A DNA stretch of 64,000 nucleotides, from contig OZ024740.1 of NCBI GenBank assembly GCA_964016885.1, positions 292,144,001 to 292,208,000 of the forward strand, given 5' to 3'. Origin of the DNA: Eledone cirrhosa (lineage: Eukaryota). The notes under the pieces are model-generated. The model saw only the letters and a program-made list of their open reading frames with translations. It was not told where the DNA came from and did no database searches. This document shows positions 54,530-64,000 of this stretch, piece by piece (position 1 is the stretch's first letter; each line of letters opens with the position of its first letter). Both the position numbers and the translations under genes were made by a program.

Positions 54530-55950
54530 GGGGTATAAGGAAGCATGGGTGTATAGAACATGCGACTTTGATATGAATGTCATACAGACAGCAAAGAAGG
54601 AGATAAGTAGCCTGGCGGTTGTATAGCTTGATCTGGCAAATGCTTTCGGACCGGTTTCACACAAACTATTTGAGTATGCCATGGAGTAGGTCGGGATTCC
54701 GCCTGAGGTGAGTAGGTGATGGATTATTATAGCAGATCCTACATGGGCTTTACCACAAAGACTCATACAACGGCTTGACACTAGTTGGAGGTAGGAATTG
54801 CAGCTGAGTGTACAATACTAGTCACATGCTTTATACTTGGAATGGAAGCCATCCTACACGGTGCAATATTTCACGACCACGAAATGAAGACACGCTGCTT
54901 AAAGAAATCTTTCATGGATGATGTAGCATTGTCAGCAAAACATAAGAAGTCAGTGGTAGAAATCCTGCGCAGACGGGAGTTTATTAAAGCTGGGCACGGA
55001 TGTATTTCAAAATAAATAAATTGAGTAGTGAGACTCACGTCAAAGGGAGGAAAAAAGACGTGACGTATGAGATTGCCGGAGATGTGATGCCAGCAATAGC
55101 AGAGAAGCATGTGAAAAACCTAAGGAGGCTGAATTATGAGATCCTTAACAGTGCATAAGTATGTATGGTCTCGTAACTTCCGAAGGGATCGTTGGGGTGC
55201 CGTAGTGACATATGTCTTGGGTATTTTAAACCTGGCGGTTCCCATGATCTCTCCAGGTCAGAACACAGCTGATTTCTTCTAGAAAAGAAGATTGAGAGAA
55301 TGGAAACGAGAAAGAGATATAAAGGAAGAATCGACCCCAGTACTGGACAGGTACTTTTTTTATTGACCTCAAAAGGATGAAAAGTAAAGTTGACCTCAGT
55401 GGGCTTTGAACTCAGACAGCAGAGAGCCGGAACGAATATCCGACTGTGCCTATTCGTTGGTCGTCTCGTAATGTTAGAAGTGAAGGAATTAAAATCCAGA
55501 AAATAGCAGCAACCGCTGATATTGAACGTAATCATACTGACACATGCAGAGACCATTGAGCGGAAAAGTAACATCTATATTAGCAAGTGGCTAAGATTGC
55601 CACAAACCTCTGAATATGTACGAAACGGTGGTACGATAGAATTACCAACCCACCAATAGTCGAGCATACAAATATAGTAAGGTTCCGATTGCACTGAAGC
55701 CGCGCTATTCGAAAGATAATGTCACCAGAGCTTAAGATTGGGAGAAAATTGGTGGCATCTGAAGCAATAGATTATTTTGTGACATTTTTAGTACACGAAG
55801 ATATAGTAAGTTCCACACAGACCAATAGAGAATGCGTTGGAAATTCCGAATTCGGAGCACACTACGGCATGACCAGAAGGAGAAAAGAGACTCAATTGGG
55901 AACCAGGTAAAGAAGCAAGAGACAAGAAGTTGCTATGCTGGTTAGGTAGC
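54530..55950 (+). mobile_element. Highly degenerate HERO/NeSL-like non-LTR retrotransposon, interrupted by a SINE
   Basis: LDLANAFG, LEVGIAAECTI, SFMDDV and LKIGRKLVASEAI...LVHEDIV motifs. Confidence 0.6.
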
Positions 55951-56141
55951 AGTTATTCAAAGAGCCAGCCTTGTCACACATTGTGTCATGTTGAATCTCC
56001 CTGATAATTACGTTATGAGTACAGCTACATGTACGTTAATTACACAAGCAGACCTTTTAGTTGATCAAACAATTGGAATCACATCGTCGTAATCGACGGA
56101 AGTCCAACACTATGTCATGTCAACAGGCATCCAGACACCAC

Positions 56142-57080
56142 CAGTCAATCCATCTGTCAGTTAGTCAGTCAGTCAGAAAGTCAGTCAGTTAGTCAGTCAG
56201 TCACTCCGTCAGCCAGTCAGTTAGTCAGTCCGCCAGTCAGTAACTTCGTCAGTGTGTCAGTCAGTTCACCAGTTAATCAGTCAGTAAGTCAGTAACTCCA
56301 TCAATGTGTCAGTCAGTCCGTCAGTCAGTCAGTCAGTCAGTCAGTCAGTAACTCAGTCAGTCATTCCTTCAGTCAGTCAGTCAGTCGGTCACTCCATCAG
56401 TCCGTCAGTCAGTCAGTCACTCACTCAGTTAGTCAGTCAATCAGTCAGTCTGTCAGTCAGTCAGTCTGTCAGTCATTCTGTCAGTCACTCCGTCAGCCAG
56501 TCAATCACTCCGTCAGTCAGTAATTCTGTGAGTCACTTCGTCAGTCAGTAAGTCAGTCAGCCAGTCCGTTAGTCAGTCAGAAAGTCACTCAGTCAGTCAC
56601 TCCGTCATTCAGTCACTCAGTCAGTGAGTCAGAAAGTCAGTCAGTCAGTAAGTCAATAAGTCCGTCACTCAGTCAGTCAGTCACTCCATCAGTCAGTTAG
56701 TCACTCAGTCAGTCACTCCATCAGTCAGTTAGTCAGTCAGTCAGTCACTCCGTCAGTCAGTTAGTCAGTCAGTCAGTCACTCCGTCAGTCAGTTAGTCAG
56801 TCAGTCAGTCCTTCAGTCAGTCAGTAAATCAGTCGTTCAGTCTTTCAGTCTGTCGGTCAGTCAGTCTGTCAGTCAGTCACTCCATCAGTCAGTCAGTTTG
56901 ACAGTCAATCAGTCAGTCACTCCATCAGAGTGTCAGTCAGTCAGTCTGTCTGTCAGTCTGTCACTCCTTCAGTCAGTCAGCCTGTCAGTCAGTAAGTCAG
57001 TGTGTCACTCAGTCAGTCCGTCAGCCACTCGTCAGTCAGTCACTCCATCACTCCGTCAGTCAGTCAGACAGCCCGTCACT
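56142..57080. repeat. Degenerate (TCAG)n satellite
   Basis: Direct observation. Confidence 0.95.
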
Positions 57081-57588
57081 CGACCAACAAATTGTCTACA
57101 AAGATTGCAGACAAAACCTGTGTCAGTGTGTGCGTGAAAAAAAAATTGACAGTCTGTATTAGTCTGATGTGTGTGTATGCATATGTGAGTGCGTGTGTGT
57201 GCACGTGCGTGTGCGACGCACACGAGTGTGTTCGTGCGTACACGCGGATGTGTGCGTGCTGGCGTGCAGGTATGTGTATGTGTGTGAGCGAGAGTGTGTG
57301 AACGAGCAAAGTGCTCAATAAAGAGAGCAAAATGTGAGAGGGAAATTGATAGATAGATAGATAAATGGAGAGAGAGTGAGTGAGAGAGAACAAAATAGAC
57401 TTACAGAGAGAGAGAAAGTAAAGACAAAGAAGACAGAAAATAATAAAGTGCATTCTCTCATTTCTTCTCTTTTTCTTTCTTTCCCGCCTTCACTCGTAGT
57501 ACACAGGTACTCACACTTTGATGTACCATTTTATGGGTTTAAGGTGTGAACACACACACACACATACACAAACACACACACACATGGA

Positions 57589-57650
<62 letters not shown>

Positions 57651-57672
57651 TCTCTCTCTTTGTATATCTTCC

Positions 57673-57721
<49 letters not shown>

Positions 57722-57937
57722 CTATATATATATATATATATATAACGAAGGAAGTGTGGTAAGGAACCAGATGGACCATAACGCACCAGAGTACTCAATA
57801 CTTAGGGTAGTAGAATGGATAATAGGAAAATGTATAACCCCGACGGCAGAGCTCAAACCATTTCGATGGCTATTTCTGGACAGTCCAGAAATAGCCGTCG
57901 AAACGGCTTGAGCTCTGCCGTCGGGGTTATACATTTT

Positions 57938-57996
<59 letters not shown>

Positions 57997-58096
57997 CGAA
58001 ATTTAATATAGAAATGGCTTCTACAGGACTAGAACTGTTTCATTCTTATTTACTGTGGTTACCCCCGATTTCACCTGGGATGTACATACCCCCCCC

Positions 58097-58197
<101 letters not shown>

Positions 58198-58440
58198 TAC
58201 ACATAAGCATACATGCATGCTCACACACAAAAATATACATACATATTGTGTGTGTGTGTGCGTGTGTGTGTGCATGTATGTGTATGCGTGTATGTGTATG
58301 CGTGTATGTGGATGTGTAACAGTGTATTGAAAAGGTAAGAAATAATCAGAGGGGGAGGGGGGCTGTTATGCGCAAATAAATGTGTGTGCAGCTGTGAAAG
58401 TGTGTATGAGTATTTCTATGTGTGTGTGTGTGTGTGTGTG

Positions 58441-58483
<43 letters not shown>

Positions 58484-58802
58484 TGCGCGTTTACTATGTT
58501 AATGCATGACTGTATTCCATACATATTTGCGCATATGAATATAAACACACACACGCACATACACACATGCATATATATATATACCCACATACGTGCATTC
58601 ACTCTATACATACACACTCTCACAACACGCATATACACGCACGTACACACGAATACAAGAAATATAAAAATTCTATTAATTTATTCATCATATTTCATTT
58701 TATTTCAAATTCAAATTTTCCCTTCCTTGTTTAAAACAATTAAAATCTTCACAAACACTTTTGGTAGTGAGCCATATTTTCCCCGAATAGGTTTAAAGCA
58801 GA

Positions 58803-58877
<75 letters not shown>

Positions 58878-58944
58878 CATAAATAAATATTTATATATGT
58901 GTGTGTGTGTGTATACACACACACACACTTCAACAGCATTCTAA

Positions 58945-58978
58945 TCAAAGTGTATATACATTTTTGGGACACCCTATA
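58945..58978 (-). mobile_element. Solo Tc1/mariner-like TIR fragment
   Basis: Reverse complement TA-TAGGGTGTCCCAAAAATGTATATACAC resembles mariner-type CAGGGTGTCCCAAAA ends. Confidence 0.4.
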
Positions 58979-58985
58979 CATCCCC

Positions 58986-59107
<122 letters not shown>

Positions 59108-59639
59108 GTATGCATGCATATATATATATATAGAGAGAGAGGGGGGGGGGACAGACAGATAGATAGATAGATTTGTTATTTTATTAGCCACAGGGGCACA
59201 AAAGAAGGAGACAAATACAAAGGGGGAAGTTTACATACAATAAAAGCGTGTACTATCACAAATGCAATTTAGATAGGTAGAGATAGATAGACAGTTAGAT
59301 AGTGCAATACACTTGTTTTGCTATTGAGGAGTGTATTCAGATGTAGAACAAAAACGACAGCTTCTAAAATAATCAGTTAGCGTTCTCCTTCTGCATATGA
59401 TATCAACGTGAACGTCTGCTCTTGCCAGTTATAACCACTTGCAAACACTGACAAATACACGTGCAGTGAGTATATACATTAATGGGTGGATGACTATCAC
59501 AGGGGAACATCAAAAGTTGACTACATAATGGTAAGTATTAAATATAGTTTACTATTTAACACCTGCCTGTAATTGCACACAAATAAACGATAAAAAATAA
59601 ATATAAAAAGGTGTACATATATTGGCTTACAATATATTT

Positions 59640-59743
<104 letters not shown>

Positions 59744-59904
59744 GTATATATATATATAGTATCTATCTATCTATACACACATATATATATATACCCCCCC
59801 CCACACACACACAGACACATATATATGTGTGTGTGTGTGTGCCTGTGTGTCTGTGTGTCTGTGTGTCTCTGTGTCTCTGTGTGTATGTGTTTTTATATAT
59901 AGAG

Positions 59905-59962
<58 letters not shown>

Positions 59963-59999
59963 TCTATCTATCTACCTATCTACCTGCACATACTTGATT

Positions 60000-61128
60000 A
60001 TGCACACATATGACATACATACACACATACATGCACACATACATACATACATACATACATACATACATACATACATACATACATACATACATAGGTACAT
60101 ACATACTCACACACAAACATACAGACATACATGCATTCCTACATACACACAAACATACATACATAATGCATACATACATACACACATGCATACACACAAA
60201 CATACATACATACATTTATACATACACACAAACATCCATCCATACATACATACATACATACATACATACATACATACATACGTACGTACATACATACATA
60301 CATACGTACATACATACATACATACATACATACATACATACATACATACATACATACATACATACATACATACATACATACATACATTTATACATACATA
60401 CATAAATACATACATACATACATACATTTATACATACATACATACATACGTACATACATACATACATACATACGTACATACATGCATACATACGTACATA
60501 CATACATGCATACATACGTACGTACATACATACATACATACATACATACATACATACATACATACATACATTTATACATACATACATACATACGTACATA
60601 CATGCATACATACGTACATACGTACATACATACATACATACATACATACATACATACATACATACATACATGCTTACATACGTACATACGTACATACATA
60701 CATACATACATACATACATACATACATACATACATACATACATACATACATACATACATACATACATGCTTACATACGTACATACGTACATACATACATA
60801 CATACATACATACATACATACATACATACGTACGTACATACATACATACATACATACATACATACATACATACATACTCACACACAAACATAGACATACA
60901 TGCATTCCTACATACACACAAACATACATACATAATGCATACATACATACACACATACATACACACATACATACGTACGTACGTACGTACATACATACAT
61001 ACATACATACATACATACATACATGCATGCATACATGCATACATACATACATACATACATATATACATACATACATACATACATACATACATACATACAT
61101 ACATACATACATACATACGTACATACAT
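60000..61128. repeat. (TACA)n tract with an internal duplication
   Basis: Direct observation; the variant block at ~60100-60190 is repeated at ~60870-60960. Confidence 0.95.
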
Positions 61129-61266
61129 TAATAGGGAGTGAAAACGAGAGTAATATTTTCAAATACCTATTATTCTAAAACAGGTAAGTATGCATGTGAT
61201 CATATCTGCGCGTTTGTCTTTTAATATACAACACACATATACATATGTTTGATAGCGATATATATT

Positions 61267-61369
<103 letters not shown>

Positions 61370-61430
61370 TGTATCTATCTATCTGTCTATCTGTATCTAA
61401 GTATGCATGTGTATGTATGCGTATGTATGA

Positions 61431-61537
<107 letters not shown>

Positions 61538-61586
61538 TATAAATATATTTAAATATCTGTATGTGTGTGTATATGAATCTCTCTCA

Positions 61587-61640
<54 letters not shown>

Positions 61641-62215
61641 TATTAGCTAGATAGCAAATTAAGTAAGCATAGTTGTGTAGAAAGCCCCAGGTCCGTCGTC
61701 GTCTTGCAGAAACATCTTATGAGAAGCACGGATTGTGACTATAGTTTCGATTGCTGACCAGTAAGGAATATGGACAGGTGGAATCAGTTGCTAAAAATAG
61801 CTAATCGACTGCTAAATTAGGAATCAACGATGGCTGCTTTGCTTCAGTGTTTTGATAGTGACTTCACTGGAACGAGTAAATAATATTTGGGGCTATTTTA
61901 GCTGCAGACGACAACAAACCAATAAGAATCTTTGCACGATCGCTTAACCTGTTGGGTGTAGAGAGGCGTATTTCTTCAAATCACATACCCTGTAGTTTAA
62001 AAAGAATAATAATAATGATTTATAATTTAGGAATAAGGCCAGCAATTTCGGGGAAGAAAAAAGACGATTGTATCAACCCCAGTGCTTTACTGGTACTTTA
62101 TTTCATCGACCTCAGATGGAGGGAAAACAAGGTAAACCTCAGCGGGCTTTGAACTCAGAAACGTAGAAAGTTGTTTCTTGTATGCCACAAAGCATTTTGT
62201 CTCACGCTCTATCAA

Positions 62216-62499
62216 TTAGGGTAAAGACCCTTTTAGGTCACAAATGATCATGGGATTTGCACCTAGAAAGTTCCCATTCAAAGCACAAACCCACGCCACC
62301 GATGTTGTCAAAGGGAGAGACAATGACTGATTCAGCTTGGCACCAGTGACGTCACAACTCATTTCTACAGCTGAATAATCTGGAGCAACGTGAAATAAAG
62401 TGTCTTGCTCAAGAACACAACGCAAAGCCTGGTCCGAAAATCGAACTCACAACCTCGCGATTGTAAGCCCGATGCTCTAACCACTAAGCCATGCACCTT
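62216..62499 (-). mobile_element. tRNA-derived SINE (CORE-like family)
   Basis: Reverse complement: A-box TGGCTTAGTGG, B-box GAGTTCGATT, then GTGTTCTTGAGCAAGACACTT. Confidence 0.8.
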
Positions 62500-62544
62500 T
62501 ACTATTACTTAGTTAATTAGTACCGATTAATAGCAATGATAATA

Positions 62545-63130
62545 AGGGTTTCTGATATAGGCACACAGCCAACAATTTGAGAGGAGAGGAAAGTCGATTA
62601 AATCGACCGCAGTGCATTACTGGTACTTTATTATATCGACCCCGTAAGGATGAAAGGCACAGCTAACCTTAGCGGGATTTGAAATCAGAACGTAAAGGAC
62701 CGAAACCTCATGGTCTAACGATACTGGCAGTTCTTAAAAAAATGGTTTCTGATTTAGGCACAAGGACAACAATTTTGGGAGATTAGGAAATCGATTAAAT
62801 CGACTTCAGTGCATTACTGGTACTTTATTTTATCGACCTCATAAGGATGAAAGGCAAAGCTAACCTCGACAGGATTCGAACTCAGAACGTAAATGGCTGT
62901 AACTCTATGCTGCAAAGCATAGAGTCCGATTCTCTACCGATACTGCTAATCCTAAAAATAATGATTTCTACTATAGGCACAAGGACAGCAATTTCGGGAG
63001 AGGGGAAAGTCGATTAAATCGACCCCAGTACGTTACTGGTACTTTATTTTATCGACCCCGTAAGGATGAAAGGCAAAGTTAACCTCGGCAGGATTTAAAC
63101 TCAGAACGTAAATAGCCGTAACTCTATGCT
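62545..63130 (-). mobile_element. Three tandem MetaSINE-like copies
   Basis: Units start at ~62547, ~62744 and ~62963, each with TACTGGTACTTTA..TATCGACC...GGATGAAAGGCA. Confidence 0.85.
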
Positions 63131-63453
63131 GTAACGAATGACCGTGGTTTTGCACCTAGAAAGTTTCCTTCCGAGGCACAAGCCTGGGCAAGGTTTGTTT
63201 TGTGGAAGACCAGCAGTCGCCCATTCATACCAGTCTCCCCTCTCCATGCCACCGATGTTGCCCAAGGGAAAGGCAATGGCAGATGAAAATTGGCACCAGT
63301 GACGTCACAACTCATTTCTACAGCTGAGTAAACTGGAGCCATGTGAAATAAAGTGTCTTGCTCAAGGACACAACGCATCACCCGGTCCGAGAATCGAAGT
63401 CACAACCTCTCAATTGCAAGCCCAATGCTCTAACCTCTAAGCCATGTGCCTTC
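63125..63453 (-). mobile_element. tRNA-derived SINE (same family as 62216-62499)
   Basis: A-box-like TGGCTTAGAGG, B-box-like GACTTCGATTC, and the same body sequence. Confidence 0.8.
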
Positions 63454-63465
63454 ACATCGTCATAT

Positions 63466-63466
63466 A

Positions 63467-63531
<65 letters not shown>

Positions 63532-64000
63532 CCAACAACAATAACAAAAACAATAACATTAACGATAGCATCATCATCATCATTATCACCCACAGCAACT
63601 ACAACAGCATCATCATCATCATCATCTCATCACTACCGTCATCATCATCATCATCATCATGATTAACAGCAACAACAACAACAACAGCAGCAGCAATCAC
63701 ATCATCATCATCATCATCATCATCAACAACAGCAGCAACAGCAGCAGCAATAATATCATCATCATCATCATCAACAACAACAACAACAGCAGCAGCAATA
63801 ATATCATCATCATCATCAACAACAGCAGCAACAGCAGCAGCAATAATATCATCATCATCATCATCAACAACAGCAACAGCAACAATAATATCATCATCAT
63901 CATCATCAACAACAGCAGCAACAGCAGCAGCAATATCATCATCATCAACAACAACAACAGCAGCAGCAATAATATCATCATCATCATCAACAACAACAAC
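63466..64000. repeat. Compound (CAT)n/(CAA/CAG)n repeat with higher-order units
   Basis: Direct observation. Confidence 0.95.

Noticed and set aside
59829-61162. Long HTYI/MYVC ORFs
   Set aside because: Artefacts of the (TACA)n tract.
62400-62499. tRNA gene
   Set aside because: The A/B boxes continue into a SINE body repeated elsewhere; there is no proper cloverleaf or terminator.
63358-64000. Possible polyQ/polyH coding exon
   Set aside because: Pure trinucleotide expansion next to a SINE, with no splice or domain support.

Overview
AT-rich, microsatellite-dense eukaryotic DNA. The SINE, LINE and Helitron content suggests an octopod cephalopod (inference). Only one convincing host gene is present: a 3-exon, + strand Ly6/uPAR three-finger gene (quiver/sleepless family, closest in motif pattern to Drosophila crooked), CDS join(6566..6632,11493..11618,20494..20726), 141 aa. 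The rest is transposon debris: two clades of Penelope-like elements (PLEs), RTE, CRE-like, Tx1-like and HERO-like LINE relics, non-autonomous Helitrons (some in head-to-tail and inverted arrays), a hAT MITE, a Tigger-like MITE, tRNA-derived SINEs, minisatellites and long simple repeats. The most interesting observations are: (1) recurrent (TA)n-anchored fold-back micro-elements with hammerhead-ribozyme-like cores and a shared GTACTCAATAC motif; (2) a near-canonical type I hammerhead on the sense strand of intron 2; (3) a candidate alternative terminal exon that would turn the signal-peptide exon into a precursor for an oxytocin-ring-like peptide (CYITRC-KR); (4) Helitrons carrying a putative PLE terminus and forming a ~2 kb intronic palindrome. 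Repeat boundaries are approximate unless TSDs or termini are quoted.
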